A program made the translations under genes and the position numbers. The notes under the pieces were generated by a model. It was given only the letters and a program-made list of their open reading frames with translations. It made no database searches and had not been told where the DNA came from. DNA of 64,000 bases from Bacteroidales bacterium (GTDB lineage Bacteria > Bacteroidota > Bacteroidia > Bacteroidales > G3-4614), in contig SUXK01000003.1 of the NCBI GenBank assembly GCA_015061035.1, forward strand, positions 92,700 to 156,699, read 5' to 3'. How positions within the stretch are numbered: position 1 is the stretch's first letter; the number at the start of each line of letters is the position of its first letter. This document shows positions 7,882 to 17,069 of this stretch, one piece after another.

Positions 7882-9684
7882 ATGAATACCGAAACCCTAA
7901 ATAAAATAAAGAACATTATCTCTGTTATGCCCGAGAAACCTGGCGTTTATCAGTACTTTAACAAAGATGGCGTCATTATTTATGTAGGTAAAGCAAAAAA
8001 TCTAAAAAGGAGGGTATCATCATATTTCAATAAAAATAATCAGGGTATAAAAACCTCAATGTTAGTGAAACATATTGAGGATTTAAAATATTTTATTGTA
8101 GAGACAGAAGAGGATGCCTTACATCTTGAGAACTCAATGATAAAGGAGTACCAACCCAAATATAACATACTCCTTAAAGATGACAAGACATATCCATGGA
8201 TTGTTGTAAAGAAAGAGGCTTTCCCTCGCATCTTTTTAACTCGCACCGTTATCAAAGATGGTTCAAAGTATTACGGGCCGTATAGTAACGTAAATATGGC
8301 AAAGGTTGTTTTATCTTTAATCAAAAGACTATATCCGATAAGGACTTGTAACTATCTGTTAACTGACGATAAAATAAAGAGCGGTAAGTTCTCTAAATGT
8401 TTAGAATACCATATAAAAAACTGCAACGCACCATGCGTTGGACTTGAAAACAAAGATAAATATGATGAATATATAAAGCAGGCTCGACAAATCCTTAATG
8501 GCGAAACAACAGAGTTATCGAGGATTTTAATGGAAGAGATGCTACAACTATCATCTGAATTAAAGTTTGAGGAGGCTCAAAAGGTAAAAGAAAAGTATCA
8601 ACTCCTCGAGAACTATCGCTCAAAATCTGTTATTGTAAATTCAAGTGTACATAATGTCGATGTATTCGGATACGAAGATTACGAAGGTACCGTATATATA
8701 AACTATATGAATATTCGAGAGGGAGCCATCATACAGAGCATGACAATATCATACAAAAAACGACTTGATGAAGACAAAGAGGATATATTGGCATTGGGTG
8801 TAACAGAATTACGCGAAAGGTTCGCAAGTGACGCTCGCGAAGTTATCGTACCATTTGAGTTTGGAATTGATACAAAAAAATATATAATAACAGTTCCACA
8901 ACGTGGAGATAAACGCCACTTATTACAAATATCAACAAAAAATGCGATTCAATACAGAATTGACATAACAAAACAATCGGAAAAACTAAATCCAGAGCAA
9001 CGAACAACAAGAATACTCACTCAGTTGGCAAAAGATTTTCATTTACCTGAACTTCCCCGCCATATGGAGTGTTTTGATAATTCAAATACTCAAGGAACAA
9101 ATGCAGTATCAGCATGCGTAGTGTTCAAAAATGCGAAACCTGCGAAAAAGGAGTATCGCCACTTTAACGTAAAAACAGTTATTGGAGCCAATGACTATGC
9201 AACAATGCAAGAGGTTATACATCGCCGCTATAAAAGGTTATTGGATGAAGGAGCAGATCTTCCTCAATTAATTGTAGTGGATGGAGGTAAAGGACAATTA
9301 AGCGTTGCTGTTGAAACACTAAAAGAGTTAGGTTTATATGGTAAAATTTCAATAATTGGTATTGCTGAAAAGTTAGAAGAGATATACTTCCCTAACGACT
9401 CAATACCACTTTACATAGATAAAAACTCTGAATCATTAAAAGTTATACAACACATGCGCGATGAGGCCCACCGTTTTGGAATTACTCACCACCGCAAAAA
9501 AAGGAGCAAAGCACAGATTGTATCAGAACTTGACAATATAAAAGGTATCGGCACAAAGACTAAAGAGTTGTTAATCAAGACATTCAAGAGCGTCAAGAGA
9601 ATTAAAGAGACTGATTATCAAGAAATTGCAAATCTAATAGGTAAATCAAAAGCAGATATTCTCAAAAAAGGGCTAAAAGATTAG
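7882..9684 (+). CDS. uvrC: Excinuclease ABC subunit C
   Basis: 600-aa ORF with the GIY-YIG domain (GVYQYFNKDGVIIYVGKAKNLKRRVSSY), a UvrBC-interaction region, an endonuclease V-like domain and a C-terminal HhH. Confidence 0.95.
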   Translation: MNTETLNKIKNIISVMPEKPGVYQYFNKDGVIIYVGKAKNLKRRVSSYFNKNNQGIKTSMLVKHIEDLKYFIVETEEDALHLENSMIKEYQPKYNILLKDDKTYPWIVVKKEAFPRIFLTRTVIKDGSKYYGPYSNVNMAKVVLSLIKRLYPIRTCNYLLTDDKIKSGKFSKCLEYHIKNCNAPCVGLENKDKYDEYIKQARQILNGETTELSRILMEEMLQLSSELKFEEAQKVKEKYQLLENYRSKSVIVNSSVHNVDVFGYEDYEGTVYINYMNIREGAIIQSMTISYKKRLDEDKEDILALGVTELRERFASDAREVIVPFEFGIDTKKYIITVPQRGDKRHLLQISTKNAIQYRIDITKQSEKLNPEQRTTRILTQLAKDFHLPELPRHMECFDNSNTQGTNAVSACVVFKNAKPAKKEYRHFNVKTVIGANDYATMQEVIHRRYKRLLDEGADLPQLIVVDGGKGQLSVAVETLKELGLYGKISIIGIAEKLEEIYFPNDSIPLYIDKNSESLKVIQHMRDEAHRFGITHHRKKRSKAQIVSELDNIKGIGTKTKELLIKTFKSVKRIKETDYQEIANLIGKSKADILKKGLKD

Positions 9685-9723
9685 ATATTTATAAAGTGTA
9701 TATAAAATGTGAGAAAATATAGT

Positions 9724-9731
9724 TAATTTCG
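9724..9731 (+). promoter_or_regulatory. -7 promoter box TAATTTCG(CA) for the dtd-mazG-deoC unit
   Basis: Matches TAnnTT(T/C)G, 29 nt upstream of the ATG at 9760. Confidence 0.55.
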
Positions 9732-9759
9732 CACAACAAAAACTAACAACTTCTAAGGT

Positions 9760-10212
9760 ATGAGAATTGTAATACAGAGAGTAAATAGAGCATCAGTAAC
9801 AATTAACAATAAAGTAAAATCAGCAATAGAAAAAGGATTGCTCATACTTCTTGGTATTGAAGAGGCTGACACCGAAGAGGATTTGAAATGGCTAACTGCA
9901 AAGGCTGTAAATCTACGCATATTTGATGATGAAAATGGAGTGATGAACCTATCGGTAAAAGATATTGACGGAGAGGTATTAGTTGTTAGTCAGTTCACAC
10001 TATATGCAGCCACCAAGAAAGGGAACAGACCTTCATATATAAGAGCAGCAGGACACACAACCGCTATCCCAATGTACGAGAAATTCTGCAAAGAGATTGA
10101 AAATCTCATAGGCAAAGAGGTTAAACAGGGAGAATTTGGTGCAGATATGGGAGTATCGCTCGAGAATAGTGGACCTGTAACAATAGTAATAGACTCTAAA
10201 AACAGAGAATAA
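9760..10212 (+). CDS. dtd: D-aminoacyl-tRNA deacylase
   Basis: 150-aa ORF with MRIVIQRV, SQFTLYA and GPVTI motifs. Confidence 0.95.
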   Translation: MRIVIQRVNRASVTINNKVKSAIEKGLLILLGIEEADTEEDLKWLTAKAVNLRIFDDENGVMNLSVKDIDGEVLVVSQFTLYAATKKGNRPSYIRAAGHTTAIPMYEKFCKEIENLIGKEVKQGEFGADMGVSLENSGPVTIVIDSKNRE

Positions 10213-10536
10213 ATGAGAATAGAAGAGGCTCAACAAATAGTAGATGAATGGATTAAAAAGTACGGCAAACGTTACTTTAACGAACTTACAAATATGGCTA
10301 TCCTCACTGAGGAAGTTGGCGAAGTTGCCAGAATAATGGCAAGAAGATACGGAGAACAATCCTTTAAGGAGAGCGATAAAAGCGTTGACCTTTCAGATGA
10401 ACTTGCCGATGTTTTATGGGTTTTAATATGTATCGCAAACCAAACAGGAGTAAATCTTACAGAAGCACTAAAGAAGAATATTGAGAAAAAAACAGAGAGA
10501 GATAAAACAAGACATATAAACAATCCTAAATTATAA
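10213..10536 (+). CDS. MazG-like nucleotide pyrophosphohydrolase
   Basis: 107-aa ORF with the EEVGEVARIM...ELADVLWVLICIAN helical EExxE/ExxD pattern. It starts directly after the dtd stop. Confidence 0.8.
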   Translation: MRIEEAQQIVDEWIKKYGKRYFNELTNMAILTEEVGEVARIMARRYGEQSFKESDKSVDLSDELADVLWVLICIANQTGVNLTEALKKNIEKKTERDKTRHINNPKL

Positions 10537-10541
10537 TCATA

Positions 10542-11426
10542 ATGGATAGATACAACGAAGCAATCGAAAAATATGAGAAGAACCTAAACGATGAAGTCGT
10601 AAAAAATGAGGTTGAAAACATTCTAAAAAATCACTTGTCAGAGAACTGCAATAAGAGTGTATATAAAGAGATTTTTTCATGCTTGGATATTACCACTTTG
10701 AACGTAACTGATAATTATGAAACAGTTGTAAAGTTGGTTGATTTCGTAAACAAAATTGATGAAGATTACCAAGATATTGACAATGTTGCTGCAATATGTG
10801 TATATCCAAACTTTGTAACAGCGGTTAGAGGCACATTAGAGGTATCAAATGTAAATGTAGCATCAGTTAGTGGAGGATTCCCTTCTTCACAAACATACCC
10901 TGAAATTAAGGCAATAGAGGCTGGTCTTGCAATAAAAGATGGAGCAGATGAGTTAGATATTGTCATGAACGTAGGTAACTTTATATTAGGGAACTACGAA
11001 GATATGTGCGATGAGATTAACGAAATAAAAGAGATATGCGGAGATAGAACTCTAAAAGTAATTATTGAAACGGGAGCATTAGAGAGTTGCAATAACATTA
11101 GAAAAGCATCAATACTTTCGATATATGCAGGAGCCGATTTCATCAAAACTTCAACAGGTAAAATAACTGTTGGTGCAACTCCTGAGGCATTCTACGTAAT
11201 GTGCAACGCCATTAAAGATTACTATGCTGAGACTGGAACTAAGATTGGTATTAAGGCAGCAGGAGGTATAAAAACACCTGTGGAGGCAGCAAAATACTAT
11301 ACAATAGTTAAAGAGGTATTAGGCGAAGAGTGGCTAAATAAAGAACTATTCCGCATAGGTGCCGCAGGATTAGCAAATAACCTTATATCAGCAATATACG
11401 AAGAAAATAAAACTTTAGTCAATTAA
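10542..11426 (+). CDS. deoC: Deoxyribose-phosphate aldolase
   Basis: 294-aa ORF with the class I aldolase Schiff-base region DFIKTSTGK and GIKAAGGI. Confidence 0.85.
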   Translation: MDRYNEAIEKYEKNLNDEVVKNEVENILKNHLSENCNKSVYKEIFSCLDITTLNVTDNYETVVKLVDFVNKIDEDYQDIDNVAAICVYPNFVTAVRGTLEVSNVNVASVSGGFPSSQTYPEIKAIEAGLAIKDGADELDIVMNVGNFILGNYEDMCDEINEIKEICGDRTLKVIIETGALESCNNIRKASILSIYAGADFIKTSTGKITVGATPEAFYVMCNAIKDYYAETGTKIGIKAAGGIKTPVEAAKYYTIVKEVLGEEWLNKELFRIGAAGLANNLISAIYEENKTLVN

Positions 11427-11434
11427 TAGATAAC

Positions 11435-11479
11435 ATATGAACAGAAGGGGGTGAGAATCTCACCCCCTTCTGTTCATAT
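11435..11479. terminator. 45-nt perfect palindrome (21-bp stem, 3-nt loop) between convergent deoC and the polyprenyl synthase gene
   Basis: ATATGAACAGAAGGGGGTGAG aat CTCACCCCCTTCTGTTCATAT. Every stem position is complementary. The core is GC-rich in an AT-rich context. Confidence 0.7.
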
Positions 11480-11493
11480 ATACTTATTTAAGT

Positions 11494-12468
11494 TTAATAA
11501 TTACGAGCAATAATATAATCAAGCAACTCTATTAAAAGATCTTTAACCTTTGAATTTGGGAATATTGAAAGAGCATCTTCAGCCTCTGATTTAAGTTTAA
11601 GCATCATCTCTTCAGCATACTCAATACCACCTTTTTCCTTTGCGTATTCAATTAATATAGATATCTCCTCATCGGTAAGATTTCCTCTCATTAGCAGATT
11701 ACGCATTTGGGTGTTTCTTTCATCGGTATTAGACTGTATTGCAAATAATAGCGGCAATGATACTTTACCCTCTTTAAGGTCTGAACCAGTTGGTTTACCA
11801 ACAGAATCATCAGTGAAGTAATCGAAAATATCGTCTTTAATTTGGAAACACAATCCCAACTTATTACCATACTCCTCAATTGCATTTAACTGCTCAACAG
11901 TTGCTCCATTTGAATAACCACCCATTAACATACAAGAGGAGAAAAGAGAGGCAGTTTTTTGTTTTATAACATTAAAATATCTCTTTTCATCAAGAACATG
12001 TTCATCGGCAGTTTCAATTTGGTCAATCTCTCCGGTAGCAAGTTCCTTACCAAGCGATGCTATTAACGATATTGTGTTTAAATTATTGGATTGAAGGGCT
12101 GATTGAAGGGCAGTAGATACAAAAAAGTCTCCTACTAAAACAGCAACTCTGTTATCCCAAATATTATTGACAGTTTTTCTCCCTCTTCTAAGAGGAGAAC
12201 TATCCACTACATCGTCATGAATAAGGGTTGCATTATGTAGTAATTCAATTGCAACAGCAGCACTGATGGTGGTATCATTAATCTCTCCGAATAAGCGAGA
12301 ACTTAATATAACCAACATCGGTCTAATTTGCTTACCTTTTGCCTGAAGATAGTAGTCAATTACCCCCCTTAGCAAAGCGTTATCGGTTGACAAAGAGTTA
12401 CGGAGAGCCACATTAAAGTTCTCCAAATCAACACCAATAACATCTTTGAGCGACTCTTTTATATCCAT
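11494..12468 (-). CDS. Polyprenyl diphosphate synthase (octaprenyl/IspB-like)
   Basis: DDxxD motifs LIHDDVVD and QIKDDIFD. I prefer the ATG at 12468 (MDIKESL...). The ORF-track start at 12519 adds 17 hydrophobic residues and overlaps the polA -7 box. Confidence 0.85.
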   Translation of the reverse strand: MDIKESLKDVIGVDLENFNVALRNSLSTDNALLRGVIDYYLQAKGKQIRPMLVILSSRLFGEINDTTISAAVAIELLHNATLIHDDVVDSSPLRRGRKTVNNIWDNRVAVLVGDFFVSTALQSALQSNNLNTISLIASLGKELATGEIDQIETADEHVLDEKRYFNVIKQKTASLFSSCMLMGGYSNGATVEQLNAIEEYGNKLGLCFQIKDDIFDYFTDDSVGKPTGSDLKEGKVSLPLLFAIQSNTDERNTQMRNLLMRGNLTDEEISILIEYAKEKGGIEYAEEMMLKLKSEAEDALSIFPNSKVKDLLIELLDYIIARNY

Positions 12469-12518
12469 TGCTATAATATATGAGTACAAAAATAGTAATA
12501 AAAGAGTAGAAAATCGCA

Positions 12519-12526
12519 TACTTTTG
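12519..12526 (+). promoter_or_regulatory. -7 promoter box TACTTTTG for polA
   Basis: Matches TAnnTTTG, 34 nt upstream of the ATG at 12560. Confidence 0.5.
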
Positions 12527-12559
12527 ATTAAATTTACACAATAATTATCGGATAAGGAT

Positions 12560-15346
12560 ATGAAAAAATTATTTTTACTTGATGCCTACGCACTTATATA
12601 CAGAGCATACTACGCATTTATCAAGAATCCTCGAATAAATTCTAAAGGACTAAATACATCAGCAATCTATGGATTTGTAACCACACTTGAGGAGGTACTA
12701 AACAAAGAGCAACCCACTCACATTGCAGTTGCATTTGATCCTCAAGGGCCAACATTCCGACACGAAATATTTGAGCAATACAAAGCCCAACGCGAAGAGA
12801 CACCCGAAGCCATACGCTCGGCTGTACCCATTATAAAAGATATAATAAGGGCATATAATATTCCAATCTTGGAAGTTTACGGATACGAGGCTGATGATGT
12901 TATCGGAACAACCGCAAAACTAGCTGAGGAGAGGGGATTTGATACCTATATGATGACACCCGATAAAGACTTTGGGCAACTTGTAAGCGAACATATATTT
13001 CAATACAAACCTCGACATGGAGGCGGATTTGATATTTTTGGAGTAGAAGAGGTAAAAGAGAAATATGGCATATCATCACCACTGATGATTATAGATATGT
13101 TGGGACTGATGGGTGATAGTGCCGATAATATTCCCGGATGTCCCGGAGTTGGAGAAAAGACAGCAATTAAACTTATCAACGAGTTTGGTTCAATAGAAAA
13201 TCTTATTACCTCAACAGAGAAACTCAAAGGAGCATTAAAAACAAAAGTAGAAGAAAATATTGAGCAGATAAAATTCTCTAAATTTTTAGCAACAATAAAA
13301 ATTGATGTTCCAATTGAGTTCAACGAAGAGAGTCTGAAATATGAAAAACCCGATTGTGATAAATTAGAGAAAATTTTTTCAGAGTTAGAATTCCGAAATT
13401 TATCAGAGAAGATTTTAGGTAAAATTTCAACTCCTAAAACCGAAGAGAAAAAACAACCTCAAAAAACAGTTTCTCAACCCTCGCTCTTTGATTTATTTGC
13501 GACCGATGAGTCGGAAAATTTAGAATACGAAAACGTAGAGGCATCTAAAAACCGTCCACATACATACTATCTTGTTGATAGTGAGGAGAAAATAAGCAAT
13601 TTGATTGATAAACTAAAAAGTGCTGAAAAAATTTCATTTGACACAGAGACAACCTCAATTGAACCAATAAATGCAAAATTGGTTGGAATGTCATTCTCTG
13701 TTAAAGAAGATGAAGCATTTTACGTTCCGGTTCCAGAAGATGAGCAAGAGGCTCAAAAAATTGTTGACAGGTTTAAGGAGGTACTCGAAAATGAGAAGTC
13801 ACAAAAAATAGGACAAAATATAAAATACGACTACATTGTAATGAAGAACTACGGAGTGAACCTTAAAGGTGAGTTCTTTGACACAATGGTAGCACACTAC
13901 CTATTGCAACCCGACGGGCATCACAATATGGATTATCTTGCCGAGATTTATTTAGGACATAAAACAATCAGCATTGAGACATTGATTGGTGCAAAGGGTA
14001 AAAATCAACGATCTATGAGAGATGTCCCTTTGCAAGATATTTGCGAGTATGCAGCAGAAGATGCCGATATTACACTGCGACTCAAAAACGTATTTGAAAC
14101 AAAACTACGAGAAGAGAGATTAGAAAAACTTTTCTACGAAATTGAGATGCCACTTGTAAAGGTACTTGCCGAGATGGAGGCAGAAGGAGTAAGAGTTGAT
14201 ACTAACACTCTTTCAGATAGTTCTAAAATATTAACGCATAAAGCATGTGAGATAGAGAATAAAATCTTTGAATATGCAGGGGAGATCTTTAATGTAAACT
14301 CTCCACGACAAGTAGGAGATATACTATTTATAAAACTAAAAATAGACCCTAAGGCAAAGGCCTCAAAACAAGGAGGATATTCAACATCTGAGGAGGTTCT
14401 CACAAAACTTATAAATCGTCACCCAATAGTACCACTAATTCTTGAATACCGAGGATTAAAAAAACTATTAAGCACATACATAAATGCTCTGCCCGAACTA
14501 ATTAATAAACGAACTGGCAAGATACACACATCATTTAACCAAACCGTCACAGTAACGGGCAGATTAAGTTCAAGTAATCCTAATCTGCAAAATATTCCAA
14601 TACGTGATGAGAATGGCAAAGAGATACGCCGTGCATTCATTCCTGAGGAGGGAGAGATATTCTTCTCGGCAGACTACTCACAGATAGAGTTGCGTATTAT
14701 GGCACACCTTAGCAAAGATGAAAATATGCTAAAAGCATTCATCTCAGGAGAGGATATTCATGCAGCAACAGCAGCAAAAATATACAATGTGCCACTAAAA
14801 GAGGTAACAAGCGACATGAGACGCAAAGCAAAAACAGCCAATTTTGGCATTATATACGGCATCTCAGCGTTTGGATTAGCCGAAAGGCTAAACATATCAA
14901 GAAGCGAAGCAAAATCGCTTATAGAGGGATATTTTGCCTCATTCCCATCGGTAAAACAATATATGGACAAGAGCATAGAGATTGCACGCGAGAAAGGGTA
15001 TGTTGAGACCATTACTGGACGCAGAAGAGTATTACCTGACATCAACTCTAATAATAGTATTGTACGTGGTTATGCCGAGCGAAATGCCATTAATGCCCCC
15101 ATACAAGGTAGTGCAGCCGATATAATTAAGATTGCTATGATTCGTATTGCTAACCGAATAGAGAGAGAGCATCTAAACGCAAAGATGATTATTCAAGTTC
15201 ATGATGAGTTAAATTTCAGTGTCCCCGAGAGCCAGTTGGAACAACTCAAAACATTGGTAACAGAAGAGATGTCATCTGCATATCAAATGAGCGTACCACT
15301 AATTGCCGACACAGGTAGCGGAAAGAACTGGTTAGAGGCACATTAA
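12560..15346 (+). CDS. polA: DNA polymerase I
   Basis: 928-aa ORF with a 5'-3' exonuclease domain, 3'-5' exo motif SFDTETTS, and polymerase motifs A DYSQIELR, B RRKAKTANFGIIYG and C QVHDE. Confidence 0.97.
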   Translation: MKKLFLLDAYALIYRAYYAFIKNPRINSKGLNTSAIYGFVTTLEEVLNKEQPTHIAVAFDPQGPTFRHEIFEQYKAQREETPEAIRSAVPIIKDIIRAYNIPILEVYGYEADDVIGTTAKLAEERGFDTYMMTPDKDFGQLVSEHIFQYKPRHGGGFDIFGVEEVKEKYGISSPLMIIDMLGLMGDSADNIPGCPGVGEKTAIKLINEFGSIENLITSTEKLKGALKTKVEENIEQIKFSKFLATIKIDVPIEFNEESLKYEKPDCDKLEKIFSELEFRNLSEKILGKISTPKTEEKKQPQKTVSQPSLFDLFATDESENLEYENVEASKNRPHTYYLVDSEEKISNLIDKLKSAEKISFDTETTSIEPINAKLVGMSFSVKEDEAFYVPVPEDEQEAQKIVDRFKEVLENEKSQKIGQNIKYDYIVMKNYGVNLKGEFFDTMVAHYLLQPDGHHNMDYLAEIYLGHKTISIETLIGAKGKNQRSMRDVPLQDICEYAAEDADITLRLKNVFETKLREERLEKLFYEIEMPLVKVLAEMEAEGVRVDTNTLSDSSKILTHKACEIENKIFEYAGEIFNVNSPRQVGDILFIKLKIDPKAKASKQGGYSTSEEVLTKLINRHPIVPLILEYRGLKKLLSTYINALPELINKRTGKIHTSFNQTVTVTGRLSSSNPNLQNIPIRDENGKEIRRAFIPEEGEIFFSADYSQIELRIMAHLSKDENMLKAFISGEDIHAATAAKIYNVPLKEVTSDMRRKAKTANFGIIYGISAFGLAERLNISRSEAKSLIEGYFASFPSVKQYMDKSIEIAREKGYVETITGRRRVLPDINSNNSIVRGYAERNAINAPIQGSAADIIKIAMIRIANRIEREHLNAKMIIQVHDELNFSVPESQLEQLKTLVTEEMSSAYQMSVPLIADTGSGKNWLEAH

Positions 15347-15348
15347 AA

Positions 15349-15414
15349 AGTTGTTAGTTGTTAGTTTTTAGTTGTTAGTACTAACAACTGACCACTGATA
15401 ACTGATGGCTGATT
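15349..15414. repeat. Heptamer tandem repeats arranged as a long inverted repeat (copy B of the AGTTGTTAGT element)
   Basis: GTTGTTA GTTGTTA GTTTTTA GTTGTTA (15350-15377). Perfect 20-nt palindrome AGTTGTTAGT|ACTAACAACT (15370-15389). Then ACTAACA ACTGACC ACTGATA ACTGATG GCTGATT. Confidence 0.85.
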
Positions 15415-17017
15415 ACCTGAACATTCTAACCATAAAATAACTATCCTCTTTAATAGGATAAGCATCAAATAGTTCAGAAACGTTTAAAGGGTTGTTGCAC
15501 TCGCTGTCAGCAACCTTTTTTACATACCCCTCCTCCACTCTATATGTAGCATTGTTAGGCAGTAAAACTTCATCCCTTACAGTAACAGAAAAAGAGGCTT
15601 CGGGATACAGTTTTGCATATTCAGCAAGATACTCCTCAACATTTATAACCCTATACTGGGGAGTATTCAAGTCCCCCTCTTCACGACCAAAATCGTAGTC
15701 ATAATCATTAATAAGAGATATAGGCTGTTCTGAGACTTTTGAAAATCCTTGACTTATATACCAATTCGCCACTCTATCACTACCAGGGATTAACATACAC
15801 CTATTTGCTCCATTGCGATACAGACACTCAAAAATATCCTTCATTAAAGCCTTACCATAACCTTTACCTCTATAATCACTTTTTGTTGCAACTCCATATA
15901 TGTATGAACACTTACCATAACTACCAACAAAATTAAACATATCGGCAGTAGCAACAATAGCATCTCTATCTCGCAAAATATAACTCTTACCTAATGGTCT
16001 GATTTTAGATATATAATAATCAATTACCTCCTCATCATCTCCAAATGCCTCATGCCAAAGCATAGCAATTTCAACCCCTTCAGTGGAGCGTTTAATCTCC
16101 TCAATCTTATCCTCATTTCCAATTATCTCAATAAGGTTAAATTTAGGATATAGCATAATAGGTTGGTACGACAATTTAGCATCCCTAAGCCCCTGAATAC
16201 CTAAATCCTCCTCTCTATTTATATAACAATACTGCGAAGGCAATGAGTTAGCAAAAAGATAATTAATCATAGCAAAACTTCGCTCATAACGGCTACTACC
16301 CTTCTCTATATGAATACAAAAAGTATTATTGTTTATTGCCGACCCGTATGTGAAAGCCGCCAAATCACCATCCACATAAAGAGCCAAACCCCGTAAACCA
16401 AGAGCCTCAAAATTATCCATACCCCTAATTATCGTCTTCCTTTCGCTCTCGTATGCCTCTAAATCGGCGTTCTCTTTGCCCTCTCGCCACTCTTCAAGCA
16501 ATTTAAGTACATCATCCTTATGAGATGCAGAAAGAGGCTCAGTGGTAAAATTATAGAGTTTTTTAAAGGTGTTTATATGGTTACGTTTTGGCTGTAACTT
16601 CTTACCCGACAAAGTTCTTAAGTAATCGGCATTATAGATATAGTCAAACTGACTACGTTTGGGATATAGGTAATATCCGCAAAAAGGGATTGAAGAGCGT
16701 ATCTTCTCTGCAAAATTTGCCGACATTCCTGCCATCTTAAAAGGTTCGTTAAGCGAACTAACATACTCTGATAGCATCTTAAAGGCAGTAATATTATCAC
16801 CTGCCCCAATAGGCTCCATATAGGTGTGCGATTTACCATTTACACCACCAAATCTAATAAATATAAAATCTCCCCACTTCGCTATTTCAGGGTTATGCAG
16901 ATGAGCCCAACAAAAAATATTGGCAAATGCCATATCGCAACTCCCCTCACCTAACGCATATGAGTGTCTTTCAAATATCTCTCTATCTTCAATTTTAATA
17001 GGTGCAAATTGTAACAT
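15413..17017 (-). CDS. Fusion protein: DUF2156 (lysyl-phosphatidylglycerol synthase C-terminal-like) domain + GNAT N-acetyltransferase with an Eis/SCP2-like tail
   Basis: 534-aa ORF. The N-terminal ~290 aa resemble DUF2156 proteins (IKIEDREIFERH...CDMAFANIFCWAH). The C-terminal half carries GNAT motif A, YGVATKSDYRGKGYGKALM. Confidence 0.6.
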   Translation of the reverse strand: MLQFAPIKIEDREIFERHSYALGEGSCDMAFANIFCWAHLHNPEIAKWGDFIFIRFGGVNGKSHTYMEPIGAGDNITAFKMLSEYVSSLNEPFKMAGMSANFAEKIRSSIPFCGYYLYPKRSQFDYIYNADYLRTLSGKKLQPKRNHINTFKKLYNFTTEPLSASHKDDVLKLLEEWREGKENADLEAYESERKTIIRGMDNFEALGLRGLALYVDGDLAAFTYGSAINNNTFCIHIEKGSSRYERSFAMINYLFANSLPSQYCYINREEDLGIQGLRDAKLSYQPIMLYPKFNLIEIIGNEDKIEEIKRSTEGVEIAMLWHEAFGDDEEVIDYYISKIRPLGKSYILRDRDAIVATADMFNFVGSYGKCSYIYGVATKSDYRGKGYGKALMKDIFECLYRNGANRCMLIPGSDRVANWYISQGFSKVSEQPISLINDYDYDFGREEGDLNTPQYRVINVEEYLAEYAKLYPEASFSVTVRDEVLLPNNATYRVEEGYVKKVADSECNNPLNVSELFDAYPIKEDSYFMVRMFR

Positions 17018-17046
17018 AAGTAATTAAATTTTACAATGTAAAGTTA

Positions 17047-17054
17047 CAAAAATA
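17047..17054 (-). promoter_or_regulatory. -7 promoter box (TATTTTTG on the minus strand) for the DUF2156-GNAT gene
   Basis: Plus-strand caaaaata, 30 nt upstream of the ATG at 17017. Confidence 0.5.
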
Positions 17055-17069
17055 GAAGCACATTTTTTA

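Noticed and set aside
12469-12519. 17-codon N-terminal extension (MRFSTLLLLFLYSYIIA) of the polyprenyl synthase ORF.
   Set aside because: The internal ATG at 12468 gives the usual soluble IspB-type N-terminus. The extension overlaps the divergent polA -7 box, so it was treated as an over-extended ORF call.
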